The position numbers and the translations under genes were made by a program. Source: Candidatus Daviesbacteria bacterium RIFCSPHIGHO2_01_FULL_41_45 (lineage in GTDB: Bacteria; Patescibacteriota; Microgenomatia; Daviesbacterales; UBA10151). Taken from it: DNA of 58,045 nt. The notes below the pieces were generated by a model that was not told where the DNA came from, ran no database searches, and worked only from the letters and a program-made list of their open reading frames with translations. Below are positions 46,911-55,565 of the stretch, piece after piece (within the stretch, counting starts at the first letter, position 1; every line of letters begins with the position of its first letter). The DNA lies in contig MFCS01000029.1 of assembly GCA_001776975.1 (NCBI GenBank), forward strand, positions 1 to 58,045, written 5' to 3'.

Positions 46911-47014
46911 GCTTTTGACCCTTGGAGATGTTACTGGTAGAAGCCAAGCTTGTCAATATATATCTTGACAGTTGAGTTCAATTTTTATTAACATCACAAG
47001 GTTGTGCAATTTTT

Positions 47015-47431
47015 ATGACAGAGATAAAAGGCGGTAGATGTTTTGATGAGAGAGGTGCAGCGTGTCACTTACGAGACTGTATTGATACCGTATTATCTCT
47101 TCGCAGTGAACTCCCTCCTGATTGGGTTAGACAGCTTGAGTTTACCAGAGAAAGTCTTAACCACTTAGCCTCCAGGGAGAGTCGTTTAACTACTAGTTCT
47201 CAAGGTATTAGGATACCACTGGTAAGATCAGCCGAGGAAAGGTTGGCTAGGTTAGTTGCTAGCGCAGTTGCAGCAGTTGATATTGACCAGGTTCCCTATA
47301 CTGATCTTCCGGATTATCGCGTAGGTAGAGTGGATACCGGAGTTTCGGGATTAGGATTTGGATTTCGGGAAGATCGGTTAGTTGGGGGTAATCGGGAGTG
47401 GAGAATAGAGGCGGTTTTGTCTCCGAGCTAG
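47015..47431 (+). CDS. Hypothetical protein (138 aa)
   Basis: ORF in a locally GC-richer stretch. No motif recognised. Confidence 0.45.
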   Translation: MTEIKGGRCFDERGAACHLRDCIDTVLSLRSELPPDWVRQLEFTRESLNHLASRESRLTTSSQGIRIPLVRSAEERLARLVASAVAAVDIDQVPYTDLPDYRVGRVDTGVSGLGFGFREDRLVGGNREWRIEAVLSPS

Positions 47432-47449
47432 AGAAACCTAACGGTTCAG

Positions 47450-47478
47450 TTGACATCGTTAGCTTCGTTTGATAAACT
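47450..47478 (+). promoter_or_regulatory. Candidate promoter for the tRNA-Ala/23S unit (TTGACA, 17-nt spacer, TAAACT)
   Basis: Perfect -35 at 47450-47455 and a 4/6 -10 at 47473-47478, about 165 nt upstream of tRNA-Ala. Confidence 0.5.
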
Positions 47479-47644
47479 TTCCGTTACTAGATGAGACTCA
47501 ACGCAATTTATTTAACCTGCCTTTACGCTTAAAGGACATATCCTTGAGTGTAAAAGTACACTCAAGCGTTGTATCCCTCAAAAATATTAACATCTAAATA
47601 GGATTCGAGTATCGCTTCGGAGTTTACTCCGAGTGAAACGAGGA

Positions 47645-47716
47645 GGGCCCGTAGTTCACCGGTAGAACGCTTCATTTGCAATGAAGATGTAGGAGGTTCG
47701 ACTCCTCTCGGGTCCA
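47645..47716 (+). tRNA. tRNA-Ala (UGC)
   Basis: Cloverleaf with acceptor GGGCCCG/CGGGUCC including the G3-U70 identity pair, anticodon loop UUUGCAA, T loop UUCGACU and discriminator A. CCA is not cleanly encoded (ACCCA follows). Confidence 0.9.
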
Positions 47717-47800
47717 CCCAGGTAGGGTCTAAGGTGTGGGGTCTAGTAATTTTTATTAGTCCCTAAACCCTAGTCCCTAAAGGATTAGATTTGCACCTTG

Positions 47801-47815
47801 AAATGTGAATACGGA
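47801..47815 (+). other. 5' strand of the 23S precursor processing stem
   Basis: AAATGTGAATACGGA is the exact reverse complement of 52357-52371. Confidence 0.65.
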
Positions 47816-49140
47816 AAAAATACCACGTTCATGTAAATTGAATGTGGGGGAAGAAGGCCAAAATTTACTAAATTGTAAATTTAATGCCAAAAAATACTCA
47901 ACATAAAAGCATACGGCGGATGCCTTGGTCGAAAGTACCGATAAAGGGCGTACACGGCAACGATATCCTGTGGGGAGCTGCCACGAAGCTATGATCCACA
48001 GATGCCCGAATGGGGAAACCCGATCTTTATAGATCACCTCCTGCTGAAGCATAAGCAAAGCTTGCTTTGCTGTGCAAAGTAAGCAGGAAGGGGGGTACGC
48101 GCTGAACTGAAACATCTAAGTAAGCGCAGGAAAAGAAAGCAAAAGCGATTCCCTTAGTAGTGGCGAGCGAAAAGGGAGCAGTCTAAACCACGTTCATGCG
48201 CAAGCACTGAACGTGGGGTTGTGAGGCCACGATATAGGATGTAAGAAGAATAGTAGAATCCACTGGAAAGTGGAGCCAAAGAGGGTGATAGCCCCGTAAA
48301 CGAAATTTTACTTACCCTTAGTGGTTCCTCAAGTAGCCCGGGACACGTGTAATCCCGGGTGAATCTGGGTCGACCTTGATCCAAGACTAAATATACTTTC
48401 GGACCGATAGTGAACTAGTACCGCGAGGGAAAGGTGAAAAGAAGGGCGAAATGCCCTGTGAAATAGTACCTGAAACCGTATGCTGTCAAGCTGTGGAAGC
48501 ACTGAGCCGCAAGGCGAAGTATGACCGCGTGCCTATTGAAGAATGAACCGGTGAGTTATCGTATGTGCCAAGTTTAATCAGCAATGGCTGAGAAGGCGTA
48601 GTGAAAGCGAGCCCTAACTGGGCGTCTAGGCGCATATGTTAGACCCGAAACCGAGTGAGCTAACCATGTCCAGGGTGAAGATCTCCGAAAGGTGATTGGA
48701 AGCCCGAACTCGTGACTGTTGCAATAGTCTGGGATGAGGTGTGGTTAGAGGTGATATGCCAATCGAACTCGGAGATAGCTGGTTCTCCCCGAAATATATC
48801 TAGGTATAGCCCTGTGCAATCAAATGAGGGGTAGAGCTCTGGATGGATCTGGGTGCCGCAAGGTATTCAATCCAATCAAACTTCAAATACTCATTTGTGT
48901 AGCAGGAGTCAGTCCGATCCGGCTAAGCGGAGCGGTCCTGAGGGAAACAACCCAGACCGATAGTTAAGGTCCCTAAATACAGACTAAGTGTCAAAGGATG
49001 TAAGTTTCCTTAGACAGCCAGGAAGTTGGCTTAGAAGCAGCCATCTTTTAAAGAAAGCGTAACAGCTCGCTGGTCTAGTCACGGAGACTTGCGCCGACAA
49101 TTTATCGGGGCTAAGTCTGTTACCGAAACTACGGATCAAG

Positions 49141-49590
49141 TCCGGATTTCAGAGTTCGGATGTCAGATTTCGGATATGTTAAAATGAATTTAATGCAGGA
49201 TGTAAGTGATCTACACGTCTATCAGCACTCAATGAGATTGTTAGATGAGATAAATCGTTTTCTAGATCAGTTACCAAGTAAGGATAGAGATCTCTTTCAT
49301 CAAATATTGAGAGCCGCTAGATCTATTCCCGCCTTACTTGCTGAAGGATTTGCTAAAAAGTCATCACAAAAGGACTTTCGTCACTTTGTGATCATGGCGA
49401 TGGGTTCTTCAGATGAGGTCATTACCCATCTAAGAATAGCAAAGGCAGATCCTCGGCTAATTGAGGAATACAAAGTTGTATCTAAGCAACTTAATAGATT
49501 AGCTCAGTCTCTTAATTCTGAAGCTAAACAGTTGCTGGATCAAATAATTCATAAACAATCTGATTTCTGATATCTGATTTCCGATATCCG
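49141..49590 (+). other. Intervening sequence (IVS) replacing the tip of 23S helix 45
   Basis: It lies between CTACGGATCAAG and GGCTTGGTGGTAGGGGAGCGTTC, where E. coli has only about 20 nt. The flanks TCCGGAT... and ...ATCCGGG are complementary. Confidence 0.8.
49160..49570 (+). CDS. Four-helix-bundle protein of the 23S rRNA intervening-sequence protein family
   Basis: DLHVYQHSMRLLDEINRFLDQLP...ILRAARSIPALLAEGFAKKS...MAMGSSDEVITHL matches the family pattern. An alternative start is ATG 49184. Confidence 0.8.
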   Translation: MSDFGYVKMNLMQDVSDLHVYQHSMRLLDEINRFLDQLPSKDRDLFHQILRAARSIPALLAEGFAKKSSQKDFRHFVIMAMGSSDEVITHLRIAKADPRLIEEYKVVSKQLNRLAQSLNSEAKQLLDQIIHKQSDF

Positions 49591-50371
49591 GGCTTGGTGG
49601 TAGGGGAGCGTTCAAAATGGAGCGAAGCTGTGCTGTGAGGCGTGGTGGACTGTTTTGAAGTGAGAATGCCGGTATGAGTAGCGTTTCAGACTGAGAATGT
49701 CTGACGCCGAATGCCCAAGGTTTCGCAAGCAATGTTCGTCAGCTTGCGGTTAATCGGTTACTAAGGCGAGGCCAAATGGCGTAGCCGATGAATGATCCGT
49801 TAAAATTCGGATATTAGTATTGTTTCGTTGAAATCTACGGGAGGACAAAATGGGAATATCCAGTCCGCCAATGGCGGATCCAAGTAACAAGTTAGTGGGG
49901 GTTATGAAAATCAGCCCCAAAATCGCGCAAGCGACTTAAACACGTTTGAAGCGAGTTACAAGTGCGATAAAAAGTGGAAAGTTTCTGTTTTCAAGAAAAG
50001 CCTCGTAGATAGAAACAATTTAGCCGTACCATAAACCGACACAGGTGGGCGAGTTGAGTATACAAAGGCGATCGAGTGAATCATCCTTAAGGAACTCGGC
50101 AACAAAAGCTGGACGTAAGTTAGCAAGATGTCCTGCCTTAAATCGCAAGATTTAGGGCCGCAGTGAATGACCCTGAGCGACTGTTTATCAAAAACACAGC
50201 TCCCTGCTAAAGTGAAAACTGATGTATAGGGGGTGACACCTGCCCAGTGCCAGTAATTTAACATTTTCTTTGACCTGATGGAGCAATCTTGAGGTGAGGA
50301 GAGGATCTAAGATCTGGTGAACGGCAGCAGTAACTATAACTGTTCTATGGTAGCGAAGTTCCTTGTCTGGT

Positions 50372-51096
50372 GAATGAATTCGCCAGTTCCAGAAGTGATT
50401 CTGGAAAAAATTCGGCTAATATCGGTGGAATCCTAAAAAAGTATTTACTTTTGTCTTATATTCGGGTAATCTGATTATAGGAGGGACAATACCGAGGGAA
50501 GTCGGGAAGTACCAATTGGTATAACCTTGACCCTGTAACGACTGATATATGAGGTACCAGATAATCTGGAGAAAAACTCATATTATACGCCGACGCTTAA
50601 TGAATAATTTAGGATGGTATCTTTCTGGTTTTGCTGACGGAGAAGGTAGTTTTTGTGTCTATTTCTCGCCTCGAAGTCGAATGACTTTGGGTTGGGAGGT
50701 TAGACCAAGCTTTTCTGTCGGGCAGAACACTTCAAGGCCTGAAGTTTTGAATCTATTTCTGCAATATTTTAAGTGTGGAAGTTTACGAGCTAATAAGGGA
50801 GATAATACTGTAAAATTTGAAATTCGCAGTTTAAGACCGTTATTAGATATTGTGATTCCTCATTTTAGAAAATATCCAGTACTTTCAAGCAAAGCTAAGG
50901 AATTTGAGAAGTTTGTTGCTATTTGTAACTTACTTTCCCAAAGTTCCCACTTAACTGAAGCTGGATTTAAGAAAATTGTTGATTTAGCATTTGAAATGAA
51001 TGGTTTAGGAGCAAGAAGATATAGCAAACAATACATTCTAGATAATCTTAAGATGAAGATATAGTCTGATCCTACTAGTAATAGTGGAGAAATATG
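50372..51096 (+). mobile_element. Group I intron in 23S rRNA at the site equivalent to E. coli U1951 (L1951)
   Basis: It splits GTCTGGT | GAGTTCAGACC (E. coli GUCGGGU|AAGUUCCGACC). The guide GCCAG (50382-50386) pairs with the exon end CTGGT, giving a U-G wobble. The intron ends in G. The core block GATGAAGATATAGTC lies at 51052-51066. The 3' boundary is good to about 3 nt. Confidence 0.8.
50549..51064 (+). CDS. Single-motif LAGLIDADG homing endonuclease (I-CreI/I-CeuI-like size), intron-encoded
   Basis: LGWYLSGFADGEGSF motif. The likely true start is ATG 50600 (MNNLGWYL...), since the first 17 codons overlap a conserved intron block. The stop TAG lies inside GATATAGTC. Confidence 0.85.
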   Translation: MRYQIIWRKTHIIRRRLMNNLGWYLSGFADGEGSFCVYFSPRSRMTLGWEVRPSFSVGQNTSRPEVLNLFLQYFKCGSLRANKGDNTVKFEIRSLRPLLDIVIPHFRKYPVLSSKAKEFEKFVAICNLLSQSSHLTEAGFKKIVDLAFEMNGLGARRYSKQYILDNLKMKI

Positions 51097-51196
51097 GAGT
51101 TCAGACCCGCACGAAAGGTAGAACGACTTAGGGACTGTCTTGAGGGTGAACTCGGCGAAATTGCAGTGGCTGTGAAGATGCGGCCTTCCCATACTT

Positions 51197-51232
<36 letters not shown>

Positions 51233-51351
51233 TCCCTGATTTGAAAATTTGATTGTGTAGCGTAGGAGGGAGCTTCGGCGACGATGAAACACCTCTCTTT
51301 CGAATTTTTAAGTCTCACCTCGACCCATAATCTGGGAGAGGGACAAGGCCT

Positions 51352-51382
<31 letters not shown>

Positions 51383-51545
51383 AAAAAAGTAACGGAGGCG
51401 TGCAAAGGTTGACTTAGGACGGATGGCAATCGTCCATAAAGCGCAAAAGTAAATAGTCAGCTTGACTGCGAGACCTACAAGTCGAGCAGGTGCGAAAGCA
51501 GGCTTTAGTGATCCTGTGTCAGCTCAAGGGAGCGGCACGGCTTAT

Positions 51546-51579
<34 letters not shown>

Positions 51580-51619
51580 GATACCCAACAGTCCACAAGG
51601 ACGGTATCGTTCGGCACCT

Positions 51620-51951
51620 TAATATATCGGGGTGCGGTGGGAGTAATCCCATTAACCTGTTATACAAAATATATAATTTGTCTTTTTGAAAAAATACTAG
51701 CTAAAATCGGTGAACTCCTATCTAAATCAATAGAGGACAACACCGAGGGAATCCTTCGATTCTGAGAATCTCAGGACGAGGACCCGTAACGACTTTTCCG
51801 CCTTTGGCGGGAGGATTCAAGGTACCGAAGGTTACTTCGGATTAAAACTTGGATAAAAGGCTAGCTCCTTCATTTGAGCGGGACTTGTCCCGAACAAGCG
51901 AAGGATGAAGGTATAGTCTAAGCTGCAGGTAACTGTAGATTTTTATGACAG
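51620..51951 (+). mobile_element. ORF-less group I intron in 23S rRNA at the site equivalent to E. coli U2500 (L2500)
   Basis: It splits GGCACCT | CGATGTCGGCTC exactly. The guide GGGTGC (51630-51635) pairs with the exon end GCACCT, giving a U-G wobble. The intron ends in G. The core block GATGAAGGTATAGTC lies at 51904-51918. Confidence 0.85.
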
Positions 51952-52356
51952 CGATGTCGGCTCATCCTATCCTGGGGCTGTAGAAGGTCCCAAGGGTCTG
52001 GCTGTTCGCCAGTTAAAAGGTTACGCGAGCTGGGTTCAGAACGATGTAAATCAGTTCGGACTCTATCCAGTATGGGCGTTTGGATTCTTGAGGGGAGTTG
52101 TCTCTAGTACGAGAGGACCGAGATGAGGCAACCTCTAGTGTGCCGGTTGTCACTACAGTGGCAGCGCCGGGTAGCTACGTTGTTTCCTGATAAGTGCTGA
52201 AAGCATCTAAGCACGAAGCAGACCCCAAGATTAGGGATCTTTAAGACCCCAAGTAGACTACTTGGTTGATAGGAGAGCGGTGTAAGTGCAGTAATGCATT
52301 TAGCTTACTCTTACTAATGGTCGTAGTTGAGATTTTTTGGTTGGAGCTTTCTTTCG

Positions 52357-52371
52357 TCCGTATTCACATTT
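52357..52371 (+). other. 3' strand of the 23S precursor processing stem
   Basis: TCCGTATTCACATTT is the exact complement of 47801-47815. It overlaps the last codons of the convergent gene 52364..54019. Confidence 0.65.
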
Positions 52372-54019
52372 TAGCGTGTAAATTAGATTGAGCTTGTTTT
52401 CTTGCTTCATCAATCGCCATTTTTTGAACAAAATAATATTTATTATTTGGCTTGCGAACTTTCGGGTTAACCAATCCCCATTGTTTTTCGTGTTCAGGAA
52501 GCTCGTGAATAAAAATCTCAGATCCTCCCAGCTGTCTGGCTCTGGTGATCATCTTTGGCAACATCCCTCCCTCTTCTCCGTTAAACCCCAGCTCACTAAT
52601 AATTAAGTTTCTTTTTCCGGTCGCTCTCTGAACAAGTTTCATTCTTCTGTCCAGCTCTTCCATGTCGTAGGTATGTACAGAGAAGTCGATATTATTTAAG
52701 TCAATTTTTTCATTATCCCTCAAAAGTCTTACCAGGGTTTCTTGGTTGCGCTCGGGATTGGCTAATGCTCCAATAATAATTCTGACATCAGGTTTAATCC
52801 TTCTTGCCTCTTTTATTAAAACACTAACAAATTTAGCATAGCTTTCCATATTTCCATTGGTATTGTTGTAATCTAACCAGTAACCATTGGTTGTTTCATC
52901 TGGTTCGTTACCGATCTCCAGATCAACTTTAGGGTTTTTTAAAACCTCCTGGAGGTGATTTCTAATTGAAGTTAAGGTAGGGGTGAAGCTGGGGTTAAAG
53001 GTATAAAGTATATTTAAATCTTGTCTTTGGGCTTCTTGTAAAGCCCGGCGCAGTGCTTCTTGACCTTGAATTTCTGCTGGGTGGTTATTGTTACTAACAA
53101 TTCTGACTCTGGTGGCTCCTAATCCATGTACAAAAGGCATTAACTCACTGACGTTGTTACGGATTCCCAAATAAGGTAGTTTGGGAAGATTTTCTTTATC
53201 AACCACCTCGCCACGGGCTATGTTCACCTGGTCAATCGGTACATCATAACTTTTCCTGCTTGTTTCATCATAAAAGCGAAATGAGTAATTTCCATCATCG
53301 CTATATCCAAGAACTCTTATTACATCAATATTTTGTAGAACTTGCTGCGTCTCTAGAACAGTTAATAATGACTTGGTAGTTGAATCTGTAATCCTAGGGT
53401 GGGTAGTGGTGAATAAGCCATAAGCCTTTATTTTAGGCGTATCGACCTCTTCTGCTTTTGATTCAGGTGCTGGAATTGGTTTTGAGGTGTCAACACTTAC
53501 AACAGCCTGGATTACTTCTTGAGAAATGGAGGGTGGAACTTGAGTATCATGATTGGGCGTTGTGACCGTATTAGTTTGGCCGGCAATTCGAGCTATGAGA
53601 TCTTGTCCCATTGTTATAGCTCCCACCCCAGCTGCTACAGTAGCCACCCCAATAGTTCCACCAACTAGCAGCCCTTTACTTATTCTGCCTATTCCAGAGC
53701 CCTTTTCACTTACTTTAAGTCCCAGTAGTTTGGCTAATTGAAATGAATTAGAAGCATCAGTCTCATTTTTAGCAGTTTTTATTTTTTGCTCTAAAGCCTG
53801 TTGGATTATTGGATTTGTGCCCAGTGCTTCGGTAAGACTTGTAAAGTTTTTGCCAGTTCTCAAAGATAAGTCATGTAGTTTTAAAACATCAGTGAATAAT
53901 ACAGAAGTATCCATACCCTCTTTTTTCCCATAATTATCCTTGAGGGCAGTAAGTACTTGTTTTAACTGTTGGGTTGGTGAGGATTCAATAGATTTGGGTG
54001 TTTCACTAAACGGGATCAT
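52364..54019 (-). CDS. Membrane-anchored protein with a clan GH-A (TIM-barrel) glycoside-hydrolase-like C-terminal domain
   Basis: One internal TM segment, LLVGGTIGVATVAAGVGAITMG. DLEIGNEPDE (acid/base NEP motif), FSVHTY and IISELGF (nucleophile Glu) appear in canonical order. Confidence 0.6.
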   Translation of the reverse strand: MIPFSETPKSIESSPTQQLKQVLTALKDNYGKKEGMDTSVLFTDVLKLHDLSLRTGKNFTSLTEALGTNPIIQQALEQKIKTAKNETDASNSFQLAKLLGLKVSEKGSGIGRISKGLLVGGTIGVATVAAGVGAITMGQDLIARIAGQTNTVTTPNHDTQVPPSISQEVIQAVVSVDTSKPIPAPESKAEEVDTPKIKAYGLFTTTHPRITDSTTKSLLTVLETQQVLQNIDVIRVLGYSDDGNYSFRFYDETSRKSYDVPIDQVNIARGEVVDKENLPKLPYLGIRNNVSELMPFVHGLGATRVRIVSNNNHPAEIQGQEALRRALQEAQRQDLNILYTFNPSFTPTLTSIRNHLQEVLKNPKVDLEIGNEPDETTNGYWLDYNNTNGNMESYAKFVSVLIKEARRIKPDVRIIIGALANPERNQETLVRLLRDNEKIDLNNIDFSVHTYDMEELDRRMKLVQRATGKRNLIISELGFNGEEGGMLPKMITRARQLGGSEIFIHELPEHEKQWGLVNPKVRKPNNKYYFVQKMAIDEARKQAQSNLHAKM

Positions 54020-54087
54020 ATATTCAGTTTACCAAAATTTCACTCAAAAAGAAGAAATTTAAGTAGTTAAATGGTAAAATTGAGGAG

Positions 54088-55503
54088 ATGACTCGAGAAC
54101 CTGAATCTCCTGAAAGACTATTCCCAACACCACTGGAAACTTTTCTTCAGGCTACCAAAGGTATGCCTTTAGTTGGTGATAACTATGGTCTCGATTATCA
54201 TAGTGCATTAGAAACTTTGGTGAAGGGTAATCATTGGAATTCCTTAAACAAGTTGAGAACCGAAGAGTATTTTAGAGATATTAGAAGTGATCCTAACTTT
54301 GCTCAAAAATTTCAAACAGTCAGGTTGCATACGGGGAGTCAATTACTTGGGAGAATTAAATCAAACAGAGCTCATCCAAGCCAACTTTTTAATAGAGAAT
54401 ATTTTATTAAGCTTGATGTAGAAATAATGAGACTTTTAGGATTAGATCAACTAGAAGGTAAGGCAGGTGAAGGAGCTAAGAAGCTAATTGCTGCTGCTGA
54501 AGCAGAGATCCAAAAAATTCAAGCCTTACGGGATGCCATGGAAAGGGAAATAGCAGTTCCTATAGAGAAACCAGCAACTCCTGAACCCATTATCCCCGAA
54601 CCGGTGAAAGTTGAGGATCAGTCAGAAGATCAAAGATTAAAAGAACAGCAAAGAAGGGAATGGGAATTTATGGAAAAGGTGTTATCACAAGGAGATTGTT
54701 TGTTAAGTACATCGACTCGGCCAGCAGGCGTGGATTATATTTTTCAGTCAGGCAAGGGGTCTTCGGGGATATTAAAAGACTGGAGTATCTTATTGTCTTC
54801 GGAAGATTCAGCAGTTTCTGTATTGGGAGCCTTATGGAAAAAGAAACAAAATGTGGGGATATATAACGTATTGAACGAGGCTATTATACCGGAGGTAGCA
54901 GTGATAAGGCCCTTGAAAAAAGATGTGCATGGAATAAGGAGGGTTAGGAAAACAGAGATAAAAAAAGGTTTTTTGGGAAGAAATAAACAGGTTGAAATGG
55001 AGGTTGATGAGGATTTTGTATCTGGTCAGGTTCCCTTAACTCTTAAAGAGGCAATAGGGACTGATTCTGATGAGGAGGCTTTTACGTTGCAATATTCAGC
55101 AGGGCATCTCCAGCATGCCTATATTAGAACAGATATACCATCTTATAGAGATGGTTGGGGCAGGAGTGGAAACGTCTTGGATTTTAGTGTTGTTATGCCT
55201 AAGAGTTTAGCTTTGGGAGTTGAGGGATTGGTTAGAGATAACCCAACGTTTGTCAGAGATTTAGTGTTGTGGATGATATCCAAAAAGTACTCGAGGCAGT
55301 TTAATGATCAAGTTATGAGAACTTATGGAACGCCTCCTTTTGAGGCTTGGGAGAAATATCACCAACCGAGGATGTATTTTGTGGATGTTTTAGCAAATCC
55401 GCCCCAGGATAAAAATCAAGGTTTGGATAGTTTTGATCCATCTAAAATCATCAGATTTAACACCAAAACGGTAGATGGCTATAAATTTGCAGTCAGGAGA
55501 TAA
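54088..55503 (+). CDS. Hypothetical protein (471 aa), no recognisable domain
   Basis: Long ORF with no TM segment and a central acidic/Pro-rich linker (PATPEPIIPEPVKVEDQSEDQ). Confidence 0.6.
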   Translation: MTREPESPERLFPTPLETFLQATKGMPLVGDNYGLDYHSALETLVKGNHWNSLNKLRTEEYFRDIRSDPNFAQKFQTVRLHTGSQLLGRIKSNRAHPSQLFNREYFIKLDVEIMRLLGLDQLEGKAGEGAKKLIAAAEAEIQKIQALRDAMEREIAVPIEKPATPEPIIPEPVKVEDQSEDQRLKEQQRREWEFMEKVLSQGDCLLSTSTRPAGVDYIFQSGKGSSGILKDWSILLSSEDSAVSVLGALWKKKQNVGIYNVLNEAIIPEVAVIRPLKKDVHGIRRVRKTEIKKGFLGRNKQVEMEVDEDFVSGQVPLTLKEAIGTDSDEEAFTLQYSAGHLQHAYIRTDIPSYRDGWGRSGNVLDFSVVMPKSLALGVEGLVRDNPTFVRDLVLWMISKKYSRQFNDQVMRTYGTPPFEAWEKYHQPRMYFVDVLANPPQDKNQGLDSFDPSKIIRFNTKTVDGYKFAVRR

Positions 55504-55565
55504 TGATTTTTATGTTTGACGGTATCTTGAAATTATGGGATGCTAGAAGGTGAAGAAAATTTGAT

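Noticed and set aside
36236-47644. The 11-kb stretch between the 16S and 23S as a mobile-element insertion or genomic island
   Set aside because: It encodes housekeeping functions (primary-like sigma factor, pgk, gap). It has no integrase, transposase or flanking direct repeats, so a rearrangement of the ancestral operon is more plausible.
52336-52400. 5S rRNA downstream of the 23S
   Set aside because: Only about 28 nt separate the 23S end from the convergent protein gene, and no 5S-like sequence is visible anywhere in the window.
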